From the NCBI RefSeq assembly GCF_009914755.1, contig NC_060928.1: 64,000 nucleotides of DNA, one strand, 5' to 3'. Shown in pieces: positions 42,898 to 59,494 of this stretch; the stretch's first letter is position 1, and every line of letters starts with the position of its first letter. Under the pieces are notes generated by a model. The model was not told the DNA's origin, made no database searches, and saw nothing but the letters and a program-made list of their open reading frames with translations. Source of the stretch: the human T2T-CHM13v2.0 reference genome, Homo sapiens. The translations under genes were made by a program, and so were the position numbers.

Positions 42898-42992
42898 CTA
42901 AGAACAGCTCCTTCCCTACCACTCTTAGACCCTACTACGTGGAAATAAGGGACAATATGCCATCTGTCTTCTGGACTGCTCCCATCATCCTG

Positions 42993-43943
42993 TATGGGGA
43001 AAAGAAAGATCAGACTGTTACTGTGTCTGTGTAGAAAGAAGTAGACATAAGAGACTCCATTTTCTTCTGTACTAAGAAAAATTCTTTTGCCTTGAGATGC
43101 TGTTAATCTGTAACCTTACCCCCAACCCTGTGCAGAAACATGTGCTGTGTCGACTCAAGGTTTAATGGATTTAGGGCTATGCAGGACGTGCTTTGTTAAA
43201 CAAATGCTTGAAGGCAGCATGCTTGTTAAAAGTCATCACCACTCCCTAATCTCAAGTACGCAGGGACACAAAACACTGCGGAAGGCCACATGGACCTCTG
43301 CCTAGGAAAGTCAGGTATTGTCCAAGGTTTCTCCCCGTGTGGCAGTCTGAAATATGGCCTCGTGGGAAGGGAAAGACCTGACCGTCCCCAAGCCCGACAC
43401 CCATAAAGGGTCTGTGCTGAGGAGGATTAGTAAAAGAGGAAGGAATACCTCTTTGCAGTTGAGACAAGAGGAAGGCATCTGTCTCCTGCTCGTCCCTGGG
43501 CAATGGAATGTCTCGGTGTAAAACCCGATTGTATATTCCATCTACTGAGATAGGAGAAAACCGCCTTAGGGCTGGAGGTGGGACATGCTGCTCTTTAATG
43601 CACCGAGATGTTCATGTAAGTGCACATCAAAGCACAGCACATTTTTCTTAGCCTTGTTTATGACACAGAGACATTTGTTCATGTTTTCCTGCTGACCCTC
43701 TCCCCACTATTACCCTATTGTCCTGCCACATCCTCCTCTCCGAGATGGTAGAGATAATGATCAATAAATACTGAGGGAACTCAGAGACTGGTGCTGGCAG
43801 GGGTCCTCCCTAGGCTGAGCGCCGGTCCCCTGGGCCCACTTTTCTTTCTCTATACTTTGTCTCTGTGTCTGTTTCTTTTCTCAGTCCCTCGTCCCACCCG
43901 ACAAGAAACGCCCACAGGTGTGGAGAGGCAGACCAACCCTTCA
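42993..43943 (+). mobile_element. HERV-K(HML-2) solo LTR, LTR5B-like
   Basis: TATGGGGAAAAGAAAGATCAGACTGTTACTGTG...CCCACAGGTGTGGAGAGGCAGACCAACCCTTCA; 951 bp; perfect 6-bp TSD ATCCTG (42987-42992 / 43944-43949). Confidence 0.93.
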
Positions 43944-44602
43944 ATCCTGTCTTGACCTCATTGGCCTGAGGCTTTCCATACAAATGGAGACAACAGCATC
44001 GTCACCACCAACTTAAAGACCTAGGTTTGTATATGATCGCAATAATAATCTATTATCAATGCAAATGTATTCCTCACTTTCTGCAACCAAAAGACAGTGC
44101 GGCCAGGAGGAGTGCTCTCTATTACGCGCTGGTGTCTTGGGAGTTATCAGTCCGTTAGCCAACAGATTCTGGAGAAACCAGACCCCGGGGGTGGTGGAGG
44201 AGGTGGGAATGCAATATCAGGAAAGTCCCACCCACCGGGTGTCCTCCCCTCCTCTTCCTGTCTTCCCTGCAGCCTGCTTCCCAGAGCGGCAGAAGACGAC
44301 GAGGCGTGACTGCAAATTGCTCTCCACAGTGTCTGAGGAATATTCCAGCAGTCTATTCAAATACATTTGCATGCAATGATTACATTTACTTTCCTTTTCA
44401 ACCCATAACTTTTATTTTGAAAATATTAACAGATCATAATTATCAGAGCTTACTTGTCAGTTGTAAATGATCCCAGGTGTATGTCTTGTGGTAGAATTCG
44501 AAACAACCGGTGTCCCCAAATATGGGCAAGTGAATTGTATGACCAAAGTTAAGTTATACATTAGTTTTTTAAGGCTCACAATGTATATTTCCAATGAAAC
44601 TA

Positions 44603-44938
<336 letters not shown>

Positions 44939-45580
44939 ACCTGTGGACTGAACAATTTTAGCTTATGACCAGTAATGCAAATATACGGCTTTCTAATGCA
45001 CTGTTGGGAATCATTCTGACACCACAAAGCTTACTTTAGAATATTGTTTTCCAGTACTGTATAAGGTGTGAAGAAAACCTGTCATCTGTATCTTGAAAGA
45101 GAATAAGGATTGGGAAAAAGAGGCCATTTCAACTCGGTAGCTGCTAATTGGTCTGAACTAGTTGAGGGAGTGTCAGGAGAGCTGAGATGCTGGAAGCATG
45201 GACGAGCACACGCATATCCACCAGGGGCTTTTTTATACCTTTTGGAAATGGATGCACTTCCCAGAATTCATTCATTTAGCTAAGTTTCACTACAAATAAA
45301 GCAGTTCTTTAAAACAAAAACTAGTGGCTAAAATATTGCAAGGAAAAAAGAGTTTTTATATAAATTTTACTATCCTAGTAATCTTCGATATCTTCCTTGA
45401 TATAAGAATGATAAGAATAAGATGTCTCAGGCTCATTTTGTACATTTCCTGCCCTAGACCTGAAATTATCCATTTCTCTTAGAAACCTGGTTTCTTTTGC
45501 TGGGAAATAGTATATAAAAATCACAATCTGGGACTAAGAGTACTCATTCCTTCTGTCTCTAGGCAGAGTTTATACTAGTA

Positions 45581-46207
<627 letters not shown>

Positions 46208-46411
46208 TACACTAGTACTTCTGATGCAAATTCAGAACTACATAGTTTTACTTTACGCTTCCATATTAAATCTATATTTTCTTTCTTCCACAAGAAAATG
46301 CTGGTTTACAAGGATACAAGGGATGATAGAATTGGAATATCCACTAATTACTTATTTGCTTTACCCCACATTCTTTGCAGTAGATGCAGTCTTAAAATAA
46401 CAATACTAATG

Positions 46412-46795
46412 CAGGCACACTTTGTTTCATTGCGCTTCATTTTATTGTGCTTTGCAGATATTGCGCTTTTTACAGATTGAAGGTTTGTGGCAATTCTGTG
46501 TCAAGCAAATCTGTCGGCATCATTTTTTTTTTAACAGCACATGCTCACTTCATATCTCTATCACATTTTGGTAATTCTCATTATATTTCAAACTTTTTAT
46601 TATTTCATTTATATATTGTTTATTAAATCTGTTATACGTCACAGTATTTACTATATATTGTGTTTTATTATTACATCTGTTATGGTGATCTATGATTAGT
46701 GATCTTTGATGTTACTATTGAAATTGTTTTGGGGTGCCACAAACCACACTCAAATAAGGTGGAAAACTTAATTGATAAATGTGTGTTTTCTGATA
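46412..46795 (+). mobile_element. Tigger1 5' fragment
   Basis: CAGGCACACTTTG...GCAGATATTGCG...TTGAAGGTTTGTGGCAA. Confidence 0.85.
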
Positions 46796-46812
46796 CAAAA
46801 CACAACAAACCT

Positions 46813-47200
<388 letters not shown>

Positions 47201-47668
47201 AACCAGACAAAAACAGTAGCCTGTATGACAAAAGACTAATTTTTTTAATATTCAAAAACTTCTTATGAATAAAAATATATACATAAAAATAGTAGAAAAA
47301 CAAGACAAAAGACAAAAAGACAGAAGCAGGCATTTTGGTGAAAAGAAAATACAAATGAACAAAAATAACATTAAAAATTAAAGTTATAATATATAACAAA
47401 AATTAAAAATATAAAAATGTTCAGCTGCAAAGATTTAAAATCAACAAACAGTAAGATATTCTTTTCCATTTATCAGACTGTCAAAGTTTAACTCTCCTTG
47501 AGAATATATGAAAGCAGCTATTCTCAAGAACTATTCGGTGGAGTAACATACATTAGGAATGAAATTCGGTAATCTGTGTAACATTTTCTATGAAAATCCA
47601 ACAATAAGTATCATAACATTAAAAGCATATGCTTATTTTTAAAAACATACATTTTTTAAGTCTCTTAA

Positions 47669-48245
<577 letters not shown>

Positions 48246-48249
48246 CCTT

Positions 48250-48900
48250 GTAACCATTTTTCAGTGCACAATTCAGTGGCATTAGTCACATTCGTATTGT
48301 GGCACCATCAGTCTCCAGATGGTGCAACGCTCCGTATCTTCAGAACTATTTTCTTACCCTAAACTGAACTCTGTGCCCAATAAACAGTAACTCCCTGCTA
48401 CCCTCTGCTTCCTAGCCCCTAGGAACCATTATTCTACTTTTTATCTCTATAAATTTGACTATTCTAATCAAATGGAATCATACAATATCTATCCTTTTGA
48501 GTGTGGCTTATTGCATTCAGCATAATGTTTTTAAGTTTCATCCATGTTATAGTGAAGGAAATGGCAGAATTGTATTCCCTTTTAAGGCTGAATAATATTC
48601 CACCATAGGTATATACCACATCCTGCTTATGCGTCTACCCATCGACGGCCATGTTTCCCCCTTTCTGTATTGGCAGTAACGCTGCTATGAACATTGGTGT
48701 GCACGTACCTGTTCAAGTCTCTGCTTTTGATTCTCATGGGTATACTCCTAGCAGTGGAATTGTAGGATTATATACTAATTCTATGTTTAATTTTTCTGAG
48801 GACTCAACATAATGTTTTTCACAGTGCCGTCTCCATTTTACATTCCTATCAGCAACACACAAGGGTTGCAGTAGATCCACATCCTTAACAACACTTATTT
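48250..48900 (-). mobile_element. L1MB-like 3' end
   Basis: GTGCACAATTCAGTGGCATTAG...TTTTAAGGCTGAATAATATTCC. Confidence 0.8.
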
Positions 48901-49509
48901 TGTTTTATTATTGTTATTATTGTTGCTTTGGGATTTTTTTTTTTTTTTTTACAAGTCAAGCTCCCAGGCCCAACAATGCCCTCAAATTCTACAAGCAGCT
49001 CAGCCTTGTTACAGTACCACAGAGTCACAAAAGCTTGACTCACATTAACCCAAATGGGTATCCACTTGGGAAGGACAGCCTGGTTCCACAAATGGGACAC
49101 CATCCTAGCTTGCCCCTAAGGAGGATACTGCTCCCTACGTCGAAGACAAGCGCAACCCAATGCTGAAACTACCGCCCCAGTAAAGCCCGCAGGCTGCCTT
49201 TCTTAAGGCACTGACAAATTGGACACAGGCTATTTATCACTTTTCTTCCTCTGATATTAGAGAATCTATTACACTTCCTGAGCTTGCCACTTGCCTAGTC
49301 CTTGATCCTAGTATGCACCTTGCTCTCTGCCAAAACATACACCTGTACAATCCCATGTCTAAAGGCAAATCATATCATAGTCACCACTGTTTGTGCTATT
49401 CTTAAATATTAATGAAAATGTTTGCTTCCCCCAGGAGGCACCTTCCTCGTATCAGTTCACTCTCTGACCCACAGAACAGAGAACCTCCCCCTGTCCATCT
49501 CCTTCTGCC

Positions 49510-50585
49510 TTCCACCCCCAGCTATCCACCCCCAGCTATCCACCTACCGCCATCCACCTCCCGCCATCCACCCCCAGCCATCCACCTCCCGCCATCCACC
49601 TCCCGCCATCCACCCCCAGCCATCCACCTCCCGCCATCCACCCCCCGCCATCCACCCCCAGCCATCCACCTCCCGCCATCCACCCCCAGCCATCCACCCC
49701 CAGCCATCCACCTCCCGCCATCCACCCCCAGCCATCCACCCCCAGCCATCCACCTCCCGCCATCCACCTCCCACCATCCACCCCCCGCCATCCACCCCCC
49801 GCCATCCACCCCCAGCCATCCACCTCCCGCCATCCACCTCCCGCCATCCACCTCCCGCCATCCACCTCCCACCTCCCACCATCCACCCCCAGCCATCCAC
49901 CCCCAGCCATCCACCTCCCGCCATCCACCTCCCGCCATCCACCTCCCGCCATCCACCCCCCGCCATCCACCCCCAGCCGTCCACCTCCCGCCATCCACCT
50001 CCCGCCATCCACCTCCCACCTCCCGCCATCCACCCCCAGCCATCCACCCCCAGCCATCCACCTCCCGCCATCCACCTCCCGCCATCCACCTCCCACCTCC
50101 CGCCATCCACCCCCAGCCATCCACCCCCAGCCATCCACCCCCAGCCATCCACCTCCCGCCATCCACCCCCAGCCATCCACCTCCCGCCATCCACCTCCCG
50201 CCATCCACCCCCAGCCATCCACCTCCCGCCATCCACCTCCCGCCATCCACCCCCAGCCATCCACCTCCCGCCACCCACCTCCCGCCACCCACCTCCCGCC
50301 ACCCACCTCCCGCCATCCACCTCCAGCCACCCACCTCCCGCCACCCACCTCCCACCACCCACCTCCCGCCATCCACCTCCCGCTATCCACCTTCAGTCAT
50401 CCACCTTCAGTCATCCACCCCCAACCACCCACCTCCAGCTATCCACCTCCCGCCATCCACCTCCAGCCATCCACCTTCAGTCATTCACCTTCAGTCATCC
50501 ACCTCCAGCCACCCACCTCCAGCCATCCACACCCAGATATCCAACTCCCGCCATCCACCTCCAGCTATCCACCTCCCACCATCCA
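49510..50585. repeat. C-rich minisatellite, 14-bp unit, about 75 copies
   Basis: Interspersed variants CCATCCACCTCCCG and CCATCCACCCCCAG, degenerating at both ends. Confidence 0.95.
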
Positions 50586-51079
50586 CCACAACCTCCTGCC
50601 CTGCGTGTTTGACCGTGACCACCACAGCTACTCCTTTCCTTTGGTTACAAATGCCATTAGTCTTTACTTGTCTCTTACTAAGTGATTAATTCATATTTTC
50701 CCCCAACATAACTGCTAGACCTGCCATCTTGACCCAAGAAATACACCAAGGTGTTACGGTCATAAAAATATAACTCATACTTTGAACATATGTTACAACT
50801 CCACCAAGATATTGTTAGAGACCCTGGGGATTTCAGGTCTGCGTTCTTGACAATTATGAATAGGGAACTTGGTTATGAGCCAGCCTTCAGGGGCTCTATA
50901 TACTTTTCCCTGTTTTTCTCTTTTTGACTCTCATAATAAATTGTTTTCTATGCTGTCTAAGACAACTTATGCCCTACTCTCTGGAAATCTCTATTATTTG
51001 GGCTACTCAAGTACCTCCCCCAACACACCCACCAAAAAAAAACTAGGCTTAAAACTGAGATCAAGGCATCAAGGAGTCA

Positions 51080-52012
<933 letters not shown>

Positions 52013-53636
52013 TGAACCATCAAGGCATTCCGGGAATAAATCCCACTTGGTCATGATGTATAGTCTGTTAAATATGTTGCTAGCATTTTGTTAAAGATAT
52101 TTATATCGGTATTTATAAGGGATACTGGCCTATAATTTTCTTTTCTTGTAGTGACTTTGGCTTTGGTAGTAGGGTGATGCTGGCCTCATCAAATAAGTTA
52201 GAAGTGTTCCTTTGTCTCCCATTTTTTGGAAAGGTTTGAGAAAGGTTGGTGCTAATTTTTCAAACGTGTGGTAGAATTCATCAGTAAGCCATCTAGTTCA
52301 GAGATCTTGTTGTTGGAATGCTTTGGTTACTGATTCAAACTCCTTACTAGTTATAGGTCTATTCAGATTTTCTATGGCTTCATGTTTCAGTCTTGGTAGG
52401 TTGTGTGTTTCTAAGGATTTGGCCATTTCACTGACATTATCCAATTTGTTGGCATATGGTTCTTCACAGTACTCTTATAATACATTTTTAAAAAATAGAA
52501 TCCGTTTTAATGCCTCTTTTTCCTTTCTGGTTAGAATTATTCTGGTTAGAATTATCTGGTTAGCTATATTATCAGCAGTTTCTTTGTGGTTATCGTGGGA
52601 ATTGCATGCAACATTTTAAAGGCATACCAATTTAATTTGAATTGATACCAATTTAACTTTAATTGCACACAAGTGGACTTATAAATATCTCCACCTCCTG
52701 TGACTTTATGCTATTTATGTCCAGAGTACGTCTTTATACAACATGTACTCAACTAACATAGATTTATAATTATTTTTATGCATTTATCTTTTAAATTCTC
52801 CAGAAAAGAAAAAAGTGAAGTTACAAACCAAAATTATAATAAAACGTTTCTTTTTTAACCATGTGCCTAAGCTTACTGAAGATCTTTATGTCTTTATATG
52901 GCTTTGAATTACCATCTAGAATGATTTTATTTTAATCTAAAGGATCCCTAGTCTTTAGCATGTCTTGTAGGGCAGATCTAGTGATAATGAACTCCCTCCA
53001 CTTTTCCTTATCTGGGAATGTCTTAATTTCTCCTTCATTTTTGAAAGACAGTTTTGCCAGATATAGAATTCATGATTGACAGATTTTTTTTTTTCTTTCA
53101 GCACTTTAAATATATCGCCTCACTGCATTCTGGCCTCAAAGGTTTTTACTAACAAATCCACCAATAATTTTACTGAGGATCTTTTGTATGTTGTGAGTAA
53201 CTTCTCTCTTGCCGCTTTCAAGATTATGTGTGTCTTAGACTTTTATTTTGATTATAATGTGTCTCAGTGTGAGTCTCTTTAGGTTCATCTTACCTAAAGT
53301 TCATTGGGCTTCTTGGATTTTTAGACTCGTGTATTTCATCACATCTGTGAAATTTGGGACCATACTTCTTCACACCACCTCCTTGCCCCGTTCTGTGTCT
53401 CTTCTTTTTCTGAAACTCCCCTAATGCCTATAGTGGCCTGCTTGCCAGTGTTTCATAAGGCCATGAGACTCTATTCCCTTTTGTTTATTCTTTTTTTTCT
53501 TTCCTGTTTTGCTCCTCAGACTCAATAATTTTAATTGTCTTGCCTTTAAATTTACTGATTCTTTCTTCTGCTTTCTGAAATCTGCAGTTGAAATCCCTCT
53601 AGTAAATTTTTCAATTCAGTTGTATTTTTCAGCTGC

Positions 53637-53639
<3 letters not shown>

Positions 53640-53690
<51 letters not shown>
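53640..53690. repeat. (AT)n microsatellite
   Basis: About 25 uninterrupted units. Confidence 0.95.
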
Positions 53691-54012
<322 letters not shown>

Positions 54013-55469
54013 TGACATTCTTATTTTGTCCGTTCATTGTAGTCCTCATTTTCTTTGGTTCTTTGTGTTTTTCTTTAGGTCTTTGAGCATATTCAAGACA
54101 GCTATTTTAAAGTCTTTGTCTAGTAGGTCCAATATACATGCTTTCTAGGGATATTATCTGGAGATTTACATTTTCCTTTGATTGGACCATGTTTTACTGC
54201 TTCTTTGTGTACCCTATGATTTTTTGTTGGCACTTAAATACTTGAATAAACAGCCACCTCTCTCAGCTTTTGCAGAGAGGCAAAAAGAGATAACCAGAAG
54301 CTGAGCTGCTGCCTCCTCTAGAACATGACCATGCTGAGCCAAGGACGGAGTGGGGCAGGGGTAACGAAAAATGCCATACAATTTCCTACATTTTTAAGGT
54401 GAATTTTTTATTAGGTATTTACGTGGTTGTTGTAGACCTTTGTTTTCCAGAGCTACTCTAAGATTTGTTCAGCAATTTTCTGGTCATTTTATGATAGTTC
54501 CATGGGGAAATGAGGAATTGAAACTTCCTAGTCTGCCATTTTGCTGATGTCAATCCTTTGAGGAAGTTTTGACTAGTTAAGACTATCACTTTGAAAAACC
54601 AAAAGCAAACAATAGATCAAGCAAAATTAGCAACACACTTAGACCAAAGCTAATTTCGGTAATGTCCATAAAACCTCTTACAAATCCATAATAAAAATAT
54701 AAAAATCAAGTAAATGACATAAACAGCTAATTTAAAGAAAAAGAAATGCTACTTTTTTTTTGATGACTTTAAAGTATACACTCACCTCTTAAACAGTCCT
54801 ATTTCTAGATAAAGAATAAGACTAGGCATTCTATACATGCTGTAAACTATATTAGAGGTTTCTTTTTGAGTTTTGGATTTACCTATTTTATCAACAAATA
54901 TTTATGATAGTAAGGCTTCCCTCTCCCCAGTTCTTTCCACTTTTACTTCCTACTTTTTAGGGACCAGCTCTCATATTCTTATTATAAGATCATCCCATGA
55001 TACAGATAAAGGTTACTCTTAGGTGAAAAGCAAGAGGCATGTTCAAAAGCAACAGCATCCCTTCCAACTCTGGGCTTTCTTTTAATTTCTCCTGTTGATT
55101 TAAAATTTGCATTATAAAATGGAGGTCAATTTGCATGATCATAAACTCTCCAATAACCAATTCAATCGGATTATGGTAAGTTATGGCTTGCTTTTGATAC
55201 TTCAGACTTCCTTCTGTGATCACTTAGAAGTTTTGTCAGACATTTGTGTTTCCATTTATTAGAAGCCTAGTGGATTTAATTAGGATATTTTAAATGGAGG
55301 ATGATAGTGAAGTTGTGTCTATAATTTTACTTTTGATTTTAATAAATAAATATTGAATTCAGGGCCTAGGGATTGAACAGCCGTGTCATAACATTGTTAA
55401 TAAAGGAGAGACCCCATTCACCTAAATCCATTTCATAGATTTATAAGAAACAACAAGATGTTACCACTT

Positions 55470-56870
55470 TTCTATTTTTGCTTGTGTTGCGTGGGTTTTT
55501 GGTGTCATATCCAAAAAAATCACTGGCCAAGGCCAATGTCAAGAAGCTTTTTCCTCTGTGTTTCTTCTAAGAGTTTTACAGTTTCACATCTCATGTTTAG
55601 GTATTTAAACTAATTTGAGTGGATTTTTTGTGTATGGTGTAAGACAGGGTTCAATTTTATTCTTTTGCATATGGATACTGAGCTTTCCAACACCATTTAC
55701 TGGAGAGACTATCCTGTCCTCTGTTGTGTGTTCTTGGCAGCCCTGTCAAAGAACTTGACCATCTATGCATGGGTTTATTTATGGGCTCTCTAGTCTGTTC
55801 CATTAGTCTGTTTTTAAGCCAGTACCATACTGTCTCGATTACTGTAGCCTTGTCACATACTTTGAAATCAGGACATTTTATGCCTTCAGCTTTGTTCTTG
55901 CTCAAGATTGCTTTGGCTATTTGGGGTCTTTTGTGGTTTCAAATACATTTTAGGAAAATTTTCTATTTCTATAAAAATGCCATTGAGATTTTGATAGAGA
56001 TTATGTTTGAATGTGTAGGCCACTTTGAGTAGTATGGACATTTTAATAATATTAATTCTTCTAATCCATGAACACAGGATGTCTTTACATTTACTTGTGT
56101 CTGTTTTAATGTCTTCCATCAATGTTTTATAGTTTTCAGTGTTCAAGTCTTTCACTTCTTTAAGTTTTTTCTTAAGTATTTTATTCTTTTCAATGCTATT
56201 GCCTTCACAATAGCTAAAACATGGAAGCAACCTATATGCCCATTGATGGATGAATGGATAAAGAAAATATGGCATACACATACAATGGAATATTATTCTA
56301 CCTTACAAAAGGAAGTTCTGCCATTTGTGACGACATGGATGAACCCAGAGAATGTTACGCTGAGTGAAATAAGCCAGATGCAGAAGGACAGAAGGATGCT
56401 ACATGATATCATTTATATGATGAATCTGGAATAGTCAAACTCATAGAAGGAGGGAGTGACATGGTGGCTGTCAGGGGCTGGGAGGAGGCATAAACAGAGA
56501 GGTATTAGTCAAAGGGCACCAAGTCCAGCTTATACAATATGAGTAAGCCCTAGAGATCTACTGTACAGTTTAGTGCCTATAGTTAACAATGCTGTATTAT
56601 ATATTTAAAAATTTGCCAAAAAGGTAATTTCATGTTGTGATATATCACAAAAATAATAATAAATGAATAGAATAAAGGGAAACTTTTGGAAGTGATGGAT
56701 ATGTTTATGGTATGGATTGTGGTGATGGTTTCACAGAAGTATACTTGTCTTCAAGCTCATCAAGTTATATATATTAAATATTCACAGCTTTTTGTATATC
56801 GATCATACCTCGATAGAGTGGCTTAAAATGAAGGAATAAAACAGTGCATATCTCATGACATTAAAAAAAA
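55470..56870 (+). mobile_element. 5'-inverted L1MA-type element
   Basis: Antisense ORF2 at 55470-56200 (EVKDLNTENYKTLM, TVWYW) is joined to a sense 3'UTR and A-tail at 56201-56870. Confidence 0.78.
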
Positions 56871-56935
56871 AGTATCACTTTCAACTACCTTGTAAAATTA
56901 CAAAAAATACAATAAATAAATAAAAGTTTAGGTTA

Positions 56936-57213
56936 GGCTGGGCGCGGTGGCTCACGCCTGTAATCCCAGCACTTTGAGAGGCCGAGGTGAGTGGATCACG
57001 AGATCAGGAGATCGAGACCACCTTGGCTAACATGGTGAAACCCCGTTTCTACTAAAAATACAAAAATTGGCCAGGTGTGGTGGCAGGGACCTGTAGTGCC
57101 AGCTACTCAGGAGGCTGAGGCAGGAATTGTTTGAACCGGGAAGGCAGAGGTTGCAGTGAGCTGAGATCGTGCCAGTGCACTCCAGCCTGAGAGACAGAGT
57201 GAGACTCCACCTC

Positions 57214-57241
<28 letters not shown>
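56936..57241 (+). mobile_element. AluSc-like
   Basis: TSD AAAAGTTTAGRTTA. Confidence 0.93.
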
Positions 57242-57245
<4 letters not shown>

Positions 57246-57772
57246 AGATTAAACCAGAAGCTCTGTGTGGCAAACATTGGTTTCTTTTTCAGAGGGGAAA
57301 TTCAACTTCAATACTGCTCAGTGGACATGAGCGAGAGTAGGGAGAGGGACATTTGTTATTTTCTCTCTTAAAGTTGTTGCTGGGGTCTTTGGTTGAGCCT
57401 AGTTCAAACTAGCGAAAGCTCAGTGAGCAGAAATAGAAGTGACACTGGTAAGAGGAACTGTATCTTCACTTTAGAGAAAGGATTCAGAAAGAAAAGAAAT
57501 GCTTCCTAGAATTTCAGCCAATACAGATCAGAACCATGTCCTTTCTGAATGGGGACTGTGAAGGGACCAGTTGAGTGCAGTTCACAATGACTGTCTATCT
57601 GGTGCTCTCAGGGAATTTAACCATTTGTTTAGGTTCATAATATATTCATCGCATTACATACCCATGAGAAGTTTGAATGATGAAAAGGTCTAGCCTTACT
57701 TTGGCTTCCTGCCAACCCAGAGAACATTGGTTGGTCCAATCTCCTTGTTCCTATTCTTAAAAAGTAAACTGA

Positions 57773-57896
57773 TACTAATGGCACAATATATGTTATTTGG
57801 GTGATGAATACCCTAAAGACCCTGACTCCATCACTATGCAATCTACGCATGGAACAAAATGGCACTAGTACTCCCATAAATCTATACAAATAAAAA
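57773..57896 (+). mobile_element. Severely 5'-truncated L1 3' end
   Basis: CACTATGCAAT...AAATCTATACAAATAAAAAA; TSD AAAAAGTAAACTGA. Confidence 0.82.
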
Positions 57897-57904
57897 AGTA
57901 AACT

Positions 57905-58306
57905 GAGGCACAATACAGTTTTACAGTGCTTCTGAACCAGCAATGATTCATGAACCAGAAGTGGTTGGGGAGCTCCACCAAGGGAACACAAGAGAAGGCT
58001 TTTTCAGGACAGAGACAGAAGTAGAGCAAAGACAGCGCTTGACTGTTTACAGTTATACAGCTACCTTATTTGGTCTATCTCATTGGAAAGTCCTTAGTTA
58101 TATAAGTTTGTTGGCTGCTTCTGATTGGTTGTGTTTACGTTTTCTTTAATATAGGCATTTACAAGATATAGTGCTCAAGTTATTATGTTTGCGTATGTCA
58201 CTTATGTTTGCAGATCAAGCAAGGTCGAGGTCGCTTATGAGCCCTTGCTGGTTTGGTATGTTCATGGATTCTTCTGGCCTGGTCTCCATTTTAATGTACT
58301 TTAACA
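57905..58306 (-). mobile_element. ERV1 LTR (MER93-like, tentative)
   Basis: Minus-strand start TGTTAAAGTACATTAAAATGGAGACCAGGCC. Confidence 0.5.
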
Positions 58307-58783
58307 CCATGAATAAAGGTTTACTTCTGAGACTCTAAGAGCCCGTTTAAATTAAACCTATGCATGATATTGCCTCAAATACCCAACAGCTCACTCATAA
58401 TTGGATATTCATTGCTGGCACAAATGTTAAGTATTACTGAGCAATTAGTTCTCTCTATATTTGGCCCTCACAGAGTGTAATTATTGTATTGTTCAGTACT
58501 AATCTGCCTTTTCACATACATGCATTGAGAGGAGAGTCTTCTGTTTGCCCCACAATTTCAATTCTCTATATTTGTGGTTAGAAACTGCGGTGACACAATC
58601 CTCATGTCTAAATTCATTCATTCGGGAGATTGTAAAGATGGTTCCGTAAAGCCTCAGTATTGTAGGTGCTGATAATGATGATAATGAAAATGATAAACTT
58701 TCCCTTATAAATCTTATAATGAATTGACTAGACTGCCTACAGACTATACACTATCTTTGTCTATAGGTAAAATGGTTGTAATT

Positions 58784-59096
<313 letters not shown>

Positions 59097-59494
59097 ACGG
59101 CTGTTTTATTAAGAATTGTTATTAGGAACGGGCAGAGAAGAACAGTGTCTGTGTAGTTCAGCATGTGAGTGGTAATTTGCTAATTATATCTGGCTTGTCA
59201 CTCCGGTCTCTGTAACTTGCTGTGTTTTGTCAAGTGATTCTTCCAGAAATTTTGTGTATATTATCTTACTAAACTCTCATTAAAGAGGCCCCTCAAATGG
59301 AAGGAGGGAACTTAGAGTTTTTAGAATGTGAATAAATTTAAGGGACTTTGGCTTCTAGAATTCTGTAGATCTCTGTTTTGCTGGGAATATACAGCTTCCC
59401 ATTATTCTGAGATTGGCTGATCTGTAATGCTGTGAAATATCAGTGTTTACTAAATTTGTTATTTTACATTTATGGGCATACATTTTTTTTTAAT

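Noticed and set aside
49510-50585. PRDM9-A motif CCNCCNTNNCCNC in the 14-bp repeat
   Set aside because: The best register I found by eye (CCGCCATCCACCT) mismatches at fixed positions of the motif.
49412-50689. 425-aa Pro-rich, extensin-like ORFs
   Set aside because: The 14-bp C-rich repeat lacks stop codons in all six frames.
54990-55223. 77-aa ORF in unique DNA as a pseudogene or exon
   Set aside because: No recognisable homology, poly(A), TSD or splice context.
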